From a virus (lineage: Duplodnaviria > Caudoviricetes), in the IMG/VR virus record IMGVR_UViG_3300034158_000041, positions 1 through 59,999 of that record: DNA of 59,999 nt; one strand, written 5' to 3'. The notes under the pieces are model-generated. The model was not told the DNA's origin and did not search any database. It saw only the letters and a program-made list of their open reading frames with translations. The stretch's first letter is position 1. Each line of letters starts with the position of its first letter. Both the position numbers and the translations under genes were made by a program. Of the stretch, positions 8,723 to 17,998 are shown piece after piece.

Positions 8723-9700
8723 ATGAAACTCATCATAGCAATATTTGCCCTTGTGCTGGCAATTGCGCCAGCCATGGGGATAAGTGTATCGGCATCGGAT
8801 AATCAAGGCGCCATCACTACCAGCTACTCCCTGGCTGGAGATAGCAGCCTCCGGGATAGTACTTCCCTCTCCGAAGAGGGGATCTATCGTGAGATGGCCG
8901 TATCAGGCCCTGCCCAGATTGATCTAGCGGCCTCAGGCGGCTCGCAGAACTTCCGGGCATCAATTGCAGGCCCAGACATAGAAAGCTCTCTAGCCGCGGG
9001 CAAGGGTGGTGTGGGTGGCAAGGTAGATGTGGATGGCAATGAGATCTTCACAGAACAGGATGTTGCCCACCTGGCGACTAATCCAGATGCGTTTATAGGC
9101 ATCGGGCAGGCCACAGTGAAGGGCTCGACCATCCAGGCCATGGGCGGCAACTATCCGCGAGACGGGTCATTCGATCCCACCCAGCCCTGGTATATCGATC
9201 CTGCCGTAGATACCAAGTTCACAATGTCAACCCAGGGGCGGATAGATGTCTTGGACCCACGAAACCCGTTTGGTTCCAATTATATCGATATGACCAGATT
9301 TAAGAATGAATTGGTGGTATCAGGAAATACCTGGAATGGCCAAATAGGAAAACCGATATTCGACGGCGTAAAGACTAGCAGCAGCCTGAAATTGGATTTC
9401 TATGATTATACCAACACTGTGATGATCATCCCCGCCTTCGCCATGCGGAACGCCTGGGCACAAACCAGGATCGCGGGCATTGGGAGAGTTGTAAAGGATG
9501 TCGATACCGCATACAGCGATATCATAGCATCCCCGACAGGCGGCAACCCTGCCATATTCTCAATGGTCACATTGCACGAGATGGGCGAGGGCCTGGGACT
9601 GAAGCATGATCCGTACTATAACACGGTCATGAACCCGTATCCAAAGAATAATATCTTGGGCAATTCTGCCTATTGGGCCTGGCTGAAGTACAACAATTGA
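8723..9700 (+). CDS. Secreted matrixin (M10)-like metalloprotease with a variant zinc motif
   Basis: Signal peptide MKLIIAIFALVLAIAPAMG; HEMGEGLGLKH; Met-turn TVMNP. Confidence 0.7.
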   Translation: MKLIIAIFALVLAIAPAMGISVSASDNQGAITTSYSLAGDSSLRDSTSLSEEGIYREMAVSGPAQIDLAASGGSQNFRASIAGPDIESSLAAGKGGVGGKVDVDGNEIFTEQDVAHLATNPDAFIGIGQATVKGSTIQAMGGNYPRDGSFDPTQPWYIDPAVDTKFTMSTQGRIDVLDPRNPFGSNYIDMTRFKNELVVSGNTWNGQIGKPIFDGVKTSSSLKLDFYDYTNTVMIIPAFAMRNAWAQTRIAGIGRVVKDVDTAYSDIIASPTGGNPAIFSMVTLHEMGEGLGLKHDPYYNTVMNPYPKNNILGNSAYWAWLKYNN

Positions 9701-9704
9701 AGGT

Positions 9705-9734
9705 CTCCAAGCTGAAAAAGAGCAGAGCTTGGAG
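9705..9734. terminator. Hairpin between convergent genes
   Basis: CTCCAAGCT...AGCTTGGAG 9-bp inverted repeat. Confidence 0.5.
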
Positions 9735-9757
9735 CTAAGGAGAATTGCAAGAAAAGC

Positions 9758-9985
9758 TTATACGTTGCCGATGAGGGCCTTGATGGCATTCTCCTCGGCC
9801 TTGATTTTTGCGCCAATTGTTGTCAGATCGGCATCTCTTTGGGCCTCAATCGCTACTATGTCCTCCCTCTTCTTCTGTAGCTGATTTTCGGACTTGTTTA
9901 TGATGTCCTGCATTTTAGCTTGCAAAATCGCAATCGTTCCGCGTGCCTTCATCGAGGCTGAGATATCTTCGTCTGTAATTGGCAT
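9758..9985 (-). CDS. Small coiled-coil protein at the end of the fibre operon
   Basis: Heptad pattern; GAGGT SD. Confidence 0.55.
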   Translation of the reverse strand: MPITDEDISASMKARGTIAILQAKMQDIINKSENQLQKKREDIVAIEAQRDADLTTIGAKIKAEENAIKALIGNV

Positions 9986-9995
9986 TTTATGACCT

Positions 9996-10652
9996 CTAAA
10001 CTAATAATCCTTTTGAATAAGCATACCATCGTCTAATATCTTGATCTGTCATGACATAGGGCAAAAGTAAAATACTATCAACTGCGCCTGTTAAATACGC
10101 CGAATAATTGGCGCTCGCGTCTTGTCTAACTCCAATCATTGGGTATTGTGTCGCGGTATATGTTAATGTCGCTGTCCATGCAGTAGAACTTTCGAGTTTT
10201 CCATCCAAGTATATTTTTATTGTAGTACCATCAAAGGTTGCCGCGATCATATGCCAAACATCATTAGTAACAGATGTAGATGTTGCCGCCGCTTTGATAT
10301 CACCATCTGCTGTTCCGGTGCCTTTGGCTAAAATTACACGAGCAACACCGGACAAAATGTCTAGAAAGAATCCATAATATACCGAACTTGTCAGATTCCA
10401 ATTTTGGATAATAGTCCCGTCGCCCGTTCCTTTGTACCAAGAAATAATTGTTGGTGTTGCAGGCTTCAGACTCGCATTATTTGGTAATGCTATCCTCGAT
10501 GTTGAACCATTAAAAATTCCAGCATCTCCAAATCTGCCCAATCCATAGGACATATTGGAGTCGGTGCCATTATTCGAGTTTCCCGATATATCATTAGAAT
10601 TACCATCTAGCGGCCAATTGCCCACCGAAATACCCGCATACCTTCCCATCAT
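9996..10652 (-). CDS. LamG/concanavalin A-like lectin domain protein
   Basis: WPLDG..D..GNSNNGT, WHMIAATFDGTTIKIYLDG, LTGAVD. Confidence 0.85.
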   Translation of the reverse strand: MMGRYAGISVGNWPLDGNSNDISGNSNNGTDSNMSYGLGRFGDAGIFNGSTSRIALPNNASLKPATPTIISWYKGTGDGTIIQNWNLTSSVYYGFFLDILSGVARVILAKGTGTADGDIKAAATSTSVTNDVWHMIAATFDGTTIKIYLDGKLESSTAWTATLTYTATQYPMIGVRQDASANYSAYLTGAVDSILLLPYVMTDQDIRRWYAYSKGLLV

Positions 10653-11911
10653 GTTCTATACCTCCAAGAATATGGCATGGAATAGAGGATCACGTAAGCG
10701 TCACTGCCAGGTGTCGTGGCGTGCCCTGAGTCATAATCAAGCGTTACCGCCGATCCAGCAGCTACGACAGTCAGAGCCGTATCCAAGATGCAATCTGATA
10801 TTTGGTCTGCTCCGGTGTTGGCTGTGGCGGCTATTTCTGGTTTGGATGTGAAAATGCTGGTGCCGTCATCATTGACATCCCACACGCCCTTGGTGGTTGC
10901 ACACGCGGTCTTATACCTCACCAGGGCCGAAAATACGAGCCTGTCATCAGGCCACCAGATAGTTTTTCCGATATCAGTAGATGCGGCAGCAGGCAGTTTT
11001 CCAGGGACTATAAAAACATCCATCTCAGCTGGCTGGATGCAATACTTCATAAGCGTAAATCCGGCTACCAGATCGTTTCCAAGGATATCGATGGTGACTG
11101 CGTTGGTCCCATATACAGACTGCTTAATCATCGCGCACTGGAATCCACCGCCAGATTTCTCCCATTTAATTACTGTGCCTTTCGGGAAAGCAGTTGCATA
11201 TTTGTTTGCTTCGCTTGTATCGGTTATGGTGAATTGGCTATCCGAGACTCTGGTAGGTGATCCCGGGAAGGTTCGCCACATGCTCATGACAGTGGCGGCG
11301 GAATTGCCTTCCAGGAAACTGGTGTTTAGGTGTGCCACGACGGTCTCGGATGCGATGACCAGGGGCGCGGTGCCCGTCGCGACATCACTCTCGAACGTCT
11401 GCGCTCTGATCTCATAGCTGCCCGCGTCCCAATCAGCCGAAAGAGCAACCGTGCCTGCTGCCTTGAGAAAGGCGGTATCTGCGAGACCATTGAGAGCATC
11501 CGAATTTGCGGCATGTAGATTCGCGCAAACCGTGGTGCTGGCGCACTTAAATGGAGCCGTCCCGGTCGCCTGATCTGACTCGAATTTCAGGGCCTTGACC
11601 TGATAGCTACCGGCGTCCCAATCAGCGGCAAGTGTAAATGGTGCCGATGGATATGTCTGCCACCAGACAGCAGCGCCCGCGGTCGCGACCTTGCATACCC
11701 ACGCCCGGCCCGCGGTGGTGTTGAGCCATGTAGATCCGGCAGAATACCCGTCGGCGGAGTCATCGCCCACTCCTGGATCTGTGGCCGCGGCGAAGTTGCA
11801 TTTCGCGAGAGCGGCATCTATCGTCTGCATGTTCGTATTGGTGCCATACGGAAAATTGATATCTGCCGATCCATGGATGAGCAGGCCATTTCGGGTTGTT
11901 GTGGTCGTCAT
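10649..11911 (-). CDS. Tail fibre or receptor-binding protein with an internal ~45-aa duplication
   Basis: DPGVGDDSADGYSAGSTWLNT fibre motif; repeat LxADWDAGSY..FESD.ATGTAP. Confidence 0.7.
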   Translation of the reverse strand: MTTTTTRNGLLIHGSADINFPYGTNTNMQTIDAALAKCNFAAATDPGVGDDSADGYSAGSTWLNTTAGRAWVCKVATAGAAVWWQTYPSAPFTLAADWDAGSYQVKALKFESDQATGTAPFKCASTTVCANLHAANSDALNGLADTAFLKAAGTVALSADWDAGSYEIRAQTFESDVATGTAPLVIASETVVAHLNTSFLEGNSAATVMSMWRTFPGSPTRVSDSQFTITDTSEANKYATAFPKGTVIKWEKSGGGFQCAMIKQSVYGTNAVTIDILGNDLVAGFTLMKYCIQPAEMDVFIVPGKLPAAASTDIGKTIWWPDDRLVFSALVRYKTACATTKGVWDVNDDGTSIFTSKPEIAATANTGADQISDCILDTALTVVAAGSAVTLDYDSGHATTPGSDAYVILYSMPYSWRYRT

Positions 11912-11919
11912 AGGGTCAC

Positions 11920-11936
11920 ACCGTAACATTTATATT
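11920..11936 (+). promoter_or_regulatory. Archaeal BRE-TATA ACCGTAACA-TTTATATT (leaderless mRNA)
   Basis: About 23 nt before ATG 11959; near-identical to 50042-50058. Confidence 0.7.
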
Positions 11937-11958
11937 CTAGTAACAAGTAGTACAGTAT

Positions 11959-12228
11959 ATGCCGGAAAGCAAAACGAGAGTGATCCGGATATTCGAAGAG
12001 GATTACAAAAAGATCGCTTCGGAAGGCAGGTTCGGCGAATCTCAAGCCGAAGTTGTCCATCGGATGTTGAACAGGATCGAAGAACTTAAAAGCCAGATAA
12101 GCGCACTTAAGCAGGTGGCGTTTGATGGTCCAAAGGATTATGAGAAAATCGTGATCCCTGAATTGAAAGCGAAGATAGCAGAGTTCGATAAGAAATATCC
12201 CAAATTCGAACTTTTGACAAAAATATAG
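11959..12228 (+). CDS. RHH/antitoxin-like DNA-binding protein with a coiled coil
   Basis: TRVIRIFEEDYKKI...GESQAEVVHRML. Confidence 0.6.
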   Translation: MPESKTRVIRIFEEDYKKIASEGRFGESQAEVVHRMLNRIEELKSQISALKQVAFDGPKDYEKIVIPELKAKIAEFDKKYPKFELLTKI

Positions 12229-12241
12229 TAGAGATGTTGAA

Positions 12242-12445
12242 ATGAAGATTCGCCTTGAAAACTGTGATCTGGAAATCTGCTATATCGGCACAAGAGAAGA
12301 GATCGATATGCAGATCTTCATTGATCAACTCATGGATTGGATTCCAGATTTCGGAAACTCTATCTCGGTCGCTCTTATGGAGATGTGCAATGCCATAGGA
12401 GATTGCTTCCATGATCTGGCAGAGAGTTTCAGGAGCGAAGAATGA
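12242..12445 (+). CDS. Hypothetical acidic protein
   Basis: ORF within the coupled cassette. Confidence 0.5.
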   Translation: MKIRLENCDLEICYIGTREEIDMQIFIDQLMDWIPDFGNSISVALMEMCNAIGDCFHDLAESFRSEE

Positions 12446-12573
12446 GCCTCATATCAATGATCTATCGGGCCTTGCGCCTGCATAATGACATCAATGCAGT
12501 CAGAAAGGGCCGCATAGGCAAGAGGCTTGTGAATAAGGGAATTGGCCGGATGGCCGGGAAGCTGATGAAATGA
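12442..12573 (+). CDS. Small basic amphipathic protein (43 aa, not in track)
   Basis: MSLISMIYRALRLHNDINAVRKGRIGKRLVNKGIGR; ATGA overlaps on both sides. Confidence 0.55.
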   Translation: MSLISMIYRALRLHNDINAVRKGRIGKRLVNKGIGRMAGKLMK

Positions 12574-12740
12574 AAAGGATCGTTACAGGCGTTGATCTGT
12601 GTGGCCCGCCCAATGCAGTTGCGTATCTGGATAAGATACCCGAAGGCTGGACAATATGCGACGGCCAGAACGGAACGCCAAATGTAACCGATGAAGGAAT
12701 AGCAAAGTTGAATCTGAAATTGGAGAGTGAAACTAAATGA
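12570..12740 (+). CDS. Stand-alone tail-collar-motif microprotein (56 aa, not in track)
   Basis: IPEGWTICDGQNGTPNV; ATGA-coupled on both sides. Confidence 0.65.
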   Translation: MKRIVTGVDLCGPPNAVAYLDKIPEGWTICDGQNGTPNVTDEGIAKLNLKLESETK

Positions 12741-13105
12741 AGACTATCGTAGCACTAATGGTATTAATGGCACTCATCGTGCCCGGTATCGCAATGGACC
12801 AGAGAGATGGCAGCAATGGAGTCCCATTCCTGGCACCGGACCCTAGCCTGAAGACCACCGATAGGTTCCTGGCTAACATGGGCGGCCAATACATCGGCGA
12901 AGTATCCCAGGCATACCAGTTGCCCCCCATATTCGGTGGACCCATGCCAGCAACTGAGTCCGATGATCCTGCCTGGATGAACCTGACAGCCCATAACCAG
13001 AAGCTCAACAACGAAGGCAAGCTCTATATCGGCTCTGCCTACGACATGACCGAAGAGCAGCTTGGAAGGGCTGGTATTGAACTCGGAAAGGAGGCCTGGT
13101 TATGA
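12737..13105 (+). CDS. Secreted hypothetical protein
   Basis: Signal peptide MKTIVALMVLMALIVPGIA. Confidence 0.65.
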   Translation: MKTIVALMVLMALIVPGIAMDQRDGSNGVPFLAPDPSLKTTDRFLANMGGQYIGEVSQAYQLPPIFGGPMPATESDDPAWMNLTAHNQKLNNEGKLYIGSAYDMTEEQLGRAGIELGKEAWL

Positions 13106-13368
13106 GGCAGGTATTAGCCTTCATATCCCTGCTTATCCTGGCAGGTAGTGCCTATGCAATGACGGACACACAAGCCGCGTACCTGGAAGGCTTTAATGAT
13201 GGCTGGGAAATCTGCTATCTCAGGCTGACCAATGCGACCGCCTACAATGAGACCATCCAGGCCTACAATGATGAGCTGAATGCAAGCCTGAATGCGACAG
13301 AAGCCGCTGCTCTCTGGCTTGCTCCGGCCTATCCGATAGCTTATGAACTGCCCGAGGTGTTCAGGTAA
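13102..13368 (+). CDS. Secreted small protein with four N-glycosylation sequons
   Basis: Signal peptide ending AYA; NAT, NET, NAS, NAT. Confidence 0.65.
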   Translation: MRQVLAFISLLILAGSAYAMTDTQAAYLEGFNDGWEICYLRLTNATAYNETIQAYNDELNASLNATEAAALWLAPAYPIAYELPEVFR

Positions 13369-13717
13369 GATGGAAGCAACCCCGTTCACGCTCATAAACG
13401 GCAAGGCCCTCCAGATCATGAACTGGTCCGGGTCCGTAATACCAGACGGTTGGGTGCCGCTCGATGGAAGAACCATCGACGGCGTGATACTTCCAGATCG
13501 CAGGGCAAACTTCATTTACGGAACTCCAATGGATAACGCAGCAGATACGAGAACTGTCTATGTTATCACGGAAATTGTCAAGCTGCATGACCTGGTGATG
13601 GACGGCGAATTGAAGATTCAAGGCATATTCCCGGCGTTGCCTATGACCGAGGAAGAAGAGAACGCTATCAAAGAGCATCAAAGAGCATGGATGGAGAAGC
13701 ATTATGGGACTGGCTGA
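13343..13717 (+). CDS. Protein with a degenerate tail-collar domain
   Basis: WSGSVIPDGWVPLDG...LPDRRANFIYG. Confidence 0.55.
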   Translation: MNCPRCSGKMEATPFTLINGKALQIMNWSGSVIPDGWVPLDGRTIDGVILPDRRANFIYGTPMDNAADTRTVYVITEIVKLHDLVMDGELKIQGIFPALPMTEEEENAIKEHQRAWMEKHYGTG

Positions 13718-14054
13718 AGAGACTATATTGATCGAGGATAACCGCACCGCACACGAAGAGATGGCTAGACTAGACGCTCTGGCAGTCGAGGCCGAAATCA
13801 AGAACCGAGATGCTAAGATGGCATTCGAGGAAGTCCAAGATGAGATGAATTACCGCTATAAGGAATTTATCAAGTCCGATCCAATCGGTGCCAAAATGGA
13901 AGTCCGGAAGGGGACCGCTTCAAAATTCGCCGAGTGGGTACAAGCCGAAACCGAATGGTGGAAGGCAAAGCTCGCATACAGGCAAGCGGGTTACAAGGTC
14001 GATTGCATCAAGAATGAAATCGAACTGCAAAAATCGGCTCTTGGAACCCACTAA
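13704..14054 (+). CDS. Helical coiled-coil hypothetical protein
   Basis: Last ORF of the + cassette, followed by a T-tract. Confidence 0.55.
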   Translation: MGLAEETILIEDNRTAHEEMARLDALAVEAEIKNRDAKMAFEEVQDEMNYRYKEFIKSDPIGAKMEVRKGTASKFAEWVQAETEWWKAKLAYRQAGYKVDCIKNEIELQKSALGTH

Positions 14055-14060
14055 CTCTTT

Positions 14061-14774
14061 TTAGGCAGTCTTTTGGATATAACAAAGGGCATAGTAGAAA
14101 GGTAGTGATGCCACAGCGTTTCCGGTTAGTGCTGTTCCTTCTGCGCTGCTGTGCCCGTGACCTGATCCACTTCCGGCGCTGGATGTCGTGCCATTTTGTG
14201 TTAGTGCCACCGCCATCGATGTATTGAGATCGGAAGTCGCATCTTTCGGCGTTCCATTGTTATCCATGAAGGAATGTCGGTGTGTGCCCATTTCAGCAGA
14301 AGATAATACATGAGCATCGACTGTGATGGTTCCGGCTGCTGTGAATGTGGCAGAACCTCCTGTGGTGCCGGGATTGTATGTGTTGCCAGCCCCGACAACA
14401 AACCGCCCTCTTAGGTCTACTGTGCCGCCAGATCCATTGCAAAGAGCCCAGCCAGATGGGATGTCTCCGGTTGCCCCATACCATAGAATTATGATTCCGG
14501 TTGGCACTCCGAGGCCATAGAAGCTTGCGCCATGAAGGTTTCCGCCAGATTTGTAGAGAAGATCGGCATCTGCTCCAGATCCCGGCCCATCATTGCCCGC
14601 ATACCAGTATGAAGCCTCCAGCTCTGCCCTGGTAAGGTAGATATCATCGTGGTTGTGTGCGGTGAAATATGAGTACGATTCATCGTATATGGTCTCAAGG
14701 TTATCCAATTTCGCGGCGGTAATTACCGTATCGGATGCCCATTCTGCATTAGGAGTGTATGCCATGTTATTCAC
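14061..14774 (-). CDS. Tail collar-domain fibre protein 3
   Basis: PTGIIILWYG..IPSGWALCNG..VDLRGRFVVG; HxH motifs; LPFYYALCYIQK. Confidence 0.85.
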   Translation of the reverse strand: MNNMAYTPNAEWASDTVITAAKLDNLETIYDESYSYFTAHNHDDIYLTRAELEASYWYAGNDGPGSGADADLLYKSGGNLHGASFYGLGVPTGIIILWYGATGDIPSGWALCNGSGGTVDLRGRFVVGAGNTYNPGTTGGSATFTAAGTITVDAHVLSSAEMGTHRHSFMDNNGTPKDATSDLNTSMAVALTQNGTTSSAGSGSGHGHSSAEGTALTGNAVASLPFYYALCYIQKTA

Positions 14775-15474
14775 ACTTCATGATATAATACAATGAGTAC
14801 CAAGCTGGGCGGGGATCAATCGCTGTAAAGCTTGCCGTTGATCCGGTGTGACCATGCGCACTGCCTCCGGTGTCTTGGTTTGCTACCGAGGTGCTGCGGC
14901 TAGCGGTTCCGTAATAAGTATCATCGCCATATAGCGATCCGCGTCCCAAAATTGGTCCGTAGTTTTCAGTATAAGTGTGGGTATGTGCTGGCAGTTCGGC
15001 CGTTGTGACGGCATGGTCTCCTATGGTCACTGACCCGGTTGGTGTGATGGTGCCGTTCCATGTGGCAGGCCCTCCGGTTGCATTTACGGAATAAGACCCC
15101 CCTGCCCCAATGACAAACCGCTCCACAAGATTGGGTGTGGTCTTGCCCGCGTGAGCATTGCCATCGCAGACATACCAAGAATCTGGGACATCACCATCTG
15201 ACCCACTCCAGATCATAATGGCCCCAATGGGCAGGATGGATGACACCAGGCTGGAGAGTTGCGCCCCATCGATCAGATCAGCATCAAATCCTGTATAATA
15301 GGTCGTGCTAAAGAAGGTCGTATCCGCCAGAGCCTTGGTGTAATACCTGGTATCATGATTATGGGCGTCTGCGATTGCCTTCATTAAAGTCCATTGGCTC
15401 TCTATGTTATTCATTGCCTGACTGGTGATCGGGTCCGTGTTAGCCCAAGCTACATAATTTTTAGTATATGTCAA
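14767..15474 (-). CDS. Tail collar-domain fibre protein 2
   Basis: PIGAIMIWSG..WYVCDG..TPNLVERFVIG; HTH/HGH; RPAWYSLYYIMK. Confidence 0.85.
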   Translation of the reverse strand: MTYTKNYVAWANTDPITSQAMNNIESQWTLMKAIADAHNHDTRYYTKALADTTFFSTTYYTGFDADLIDGAQLSSLVSSILPIGAIMIWSGSDGDVPDSWYVCDGNAHAGKTTPNLVERFVIGAGGSYSVNATGGPATWNGTITPTGSVTIGDHAVTTAELPAHTHTYTENYGPILGRGSLYGDDTYYGTASRSTSVANQDTGGSAHGHTGSTASFTAIDPRPAWYSLYYIMKCE

Positions 15475-15479
15475 TCAGA

Positions 15480-16187
15480 TCACCCTTTCATTATATAACA
15501 TAGAGCATAGAACGGTGGTCTCTTGTCTTGGTTCGCGGTTCCTGTGAAGCTCGCAGTATGCCCGTGCGCGTCTCCGCTGCCCGTGTATGAGGTATAGACT
15601 TTCGTCTCTACAATTGGAGCAACGAGGTAGCTATAACCATATGATCCGGGGCCATAATTTCGCAAGCTGGCCGGATATGAATCTGTGATGGTGCCGTGTG
15701 TATGCTTGGGTGTCTCAGCTTCTGTAAGAGCGTGCCCGGACACAGTGACAGTGGCCTGTGCAGTGACAGTATCCGAGCCCCCGGTGGACCCAACTGTATA
15801 GTTCCCTCCAGAACCCACAACAAACCTATCCTGCAGGTTTGGCGTGCTATTCAGCCCATTGCACAGATACCAGCCGGCTGGGATTGTGCCCACGGTCGAA
15901 GACCAGATCGCAATGCATCCTGAAGGCGTGCCACTATCAATGATCTGTTGAGCTGTGAGACCATCGAGGGTGGCGGCTATCATCCCGGAATCGGCACCAT
16001 CAGTGTCTGCTGTAAAGAACTTAGCAGCAACCTCGGCATCGGTATAATACAATGCCCCGTGCAGGATGGCATCGATATAATCGGCAACCTCGCTGTATAG
16101 GGTCTCAAGATTGTTTAGGGCATCGACCTTATTCTGGGTGGTCATGCCCGTTTCAATCCAAGTTGTCAGAGTGTAGGCCATGATCAC
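15480..16187 (-). CDS. Tail collar-domain fibre protein 1
   Basis: PSGCIAIWS..IPAGWYLCNG..TPNLQDRFVVG; RPPFYALCYIMK. Confidence 0.85.
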   Translation of the reverse strand: MIMAYTLTTWIETGMTTQNKVDALNNLETLYSEVADYIDAILHGALYYTDAEVAAKFFTADTDGADSGMIAATLDGLTAQQIIDSGTPSGCIAIWSSTVGTIPAGWYLCNGLNSTPNLQDRFVVGSGGNYTVGSTGGSDTVTAQATVTVSGHALTEAETPKHTHGTITDSYPASLRNYGPGSYGYSYLVAPIVETKVYTSYTGSGDAHGHTASFTGTANQDKRPPFYALCYIMKG

Positions 16188-17998
16188 CAGTCCTTCAGGT
16201 CAACGAAATCGAATTGCAGCGACTCCAGGGAGTTCTTGGTTTTCGCATAGGCATATTTGCTCATCTCAATCCCGGTTCCGGCCACGCTGGAACATGCATC
16301 CCCGCCCCATAGGCCGACATGTGAGATAACCTGGGAGTTGCCTTCTGCCGCCAGGAAGAGAACCGTGGTATCAATCTCTTCGGCACCGATCACCTGAGCA
16401 GTAACGATCTTGCGAGTGAACTCTACCCCGGCCGAATATAGGACACAATAGGATAGCTTGTCGTCATCGGCCAGGCATGGGAAGTCCACATCAGCGGGGG
16501 TTGCTGTTCCTGGATAGACAGCGATGAAGGGATTTGGATGGTCTGTTGAAGCCCAGTCTTTTGAGAACTCCTCCAGGCCTTGGACCACATCGGCTTCGCC
16601 TGCACTGGCGGAAGCCTGTTTCTTCATCTCCTGGACAATGCCGCAGAATAGGTTCTGCCATGAATCATTTACCGGGCCCTGGCAAACTTGGATGGTTCTG
16701 GTGGTGACCGCATCCGGCCAAGAAATGACCATGCTGTAAATCAGCATATCAGTTGCAGCGAACCCTAATATTGGCAAGGCAACATTCTGCATGGTGCCCA
16801 CCGACAGCCCCCCGGCCATGGTATCATATTCAATCTGAATCCCGACAGTTGCATAATGGGCAAGCTTGGCTTTGGCCGCCTCCAGTGCGGTGCTCTGGCT
16901 TTTCAGGGAAATATCTTTATAGGATTTCTCGATCTTTCCAGTGCCAAACCCCTGAGCCAATCTTTGCCTTGTGACCTCGGCGCTTTGGGTAACCTTCGTG
17001 ATCAGCTTGTAATATCCGATGTAGGTTATTTCCAGATCATCGGATGCGGTTGGGACCGTGCCGGCCTGATCCTGGAAGATGGTATTCTCGCCCTCATTCC
17101 AATAGAAATCATAACCAGAGACATCCACGCCCTTGATGCCCACGGTCTGAGCAACAGAATTTAAAGTTATGGTGGGCTCTTTGGCAATCGGGAAGCCTAC
17201 TGTGAACGTCTGGTTCTTGCCATCGCATCCAATCGGCTCAGTTCTCTCTGATGTTTCCGCATTGCTGGATTGCAGATACTGAACATTCCGGTATTCTGGA
17301 TTGCCATAGGTGATTACAGGCAGGGGATTAAGAAGGATCTCGGCGCCAGTGACTATATTCCAGGCGGCCGGATAGGTCGCCCTCTCCAGGAAATAGAGCT
17401 TCTTTTCTTCACTGACAAACCAGGTAAAGCCGGAGCGCTCGCAACAGGTTTGCATGGCCTCAGCGCAGCTCACCCCATTGAAGGTGATGCGTTCCAGCAA
17501 TGGGCCAACCTGGATTAAACCCTCTGTAACCCCCTCTTCAGCCAGGACTGCGAGGATATCCCTAACGATAGTATCCGAGGTCGCAGACTCATAGGCATAG
17601 AAGAATTGCCTTCGGTCAGCCAGGGCCTGGTAGTCTACGCAAGTGACCGAATAGCAGAAGCCCGCCTGCCCATCGGTGGATATGGGGAACTTCTGGTAGC
17701 TGTCTATCACCCCCCCGAAGATCACATCAGTATCATCGGTTCCCCTGATAATGACTTCCTGCCCATATTCCAGGGTATGATGGTTGTCCTTGTCCCAGAT
17801 CTCAAAGGTTGCGGTGCTGCGTTCCTCCAATTGGAACGCAACCTGGGGGGTCGGATCGAGGAGAATATGGGTATTACGGAGCGCGCACATCTCGGCAACG
17901 GTCAGGGCATTGAGCTCTGCATAGGACATGGACGCCAGGGTGCCAGCCGTCTCGCCGGTTCCAAGTGGCTCACCGCCCACGGTGACAAAAATGCTCAT
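16184..17998 (-). CDS. Tail tip / baseplate hub protein
   Basis: Directly follows the tape measure; IFGGVI..VTCVDY..WFV...LYF hub-like pattern. Confidence 0.7.
   Translation of the reverse strand: MSIFVTVGGEPLGTGETAGTLASMSYAELNALTVAEMCALRNTHILLDPTPQVAFQLEERSTATFEIWDKDNHHTLEYGQEVIIRGTDDTDVIFGGVIDSYQKFPISTDGQAGFCYSVTCVDYQALADRRQFFYAYESATSDTIVRDILAVLAEEGVTEGLIQVGPLLERITFNGVSCAEAMQTCCERSGFTWFVSEEKKLYFLERATYPAAWNIVTGAEILLNPLPVITYGNPEYRNVQYLQSSNAETSERTEPIGCDGKNQTFTVGFPIAKEPTITLNSVAQTVGIKGVDVSGYDFYWNEGENTIFQDQAGTVPTASDDLEITYIGYYKLITKVTQSAEVTRQRLAQGFGTGKIEKSYKDISLKSQSTALEAAKAKLAHYATVGIQIEYDTMAGGLSVGTMQNVALPILGFAATDMLIYSMVISWPDAVTTRTIQVCQGPVNDSWQNLFCGIVQEMKKQASASAGEADVVQGLEEFSKDWASTDHPNPFIAVYPGTATPADVDFPCLADDDKLSYCVLYSAGVEFTRKIVTAQVIGAEEIDTTVLFLAAEGNSQVISHVGLWGGDACSSVAGTGIEMSKYAYAKTKNSLESLQFDFVDLKDW

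Noticed and set aside
9996-17998. Diversity-generating retroelement or shufflon acting on fibre genes
   Set aside because: No reverse transcriptase or invertase, no adenine-variant TR/VR pair, and no inverted repeats seen at cassette borders
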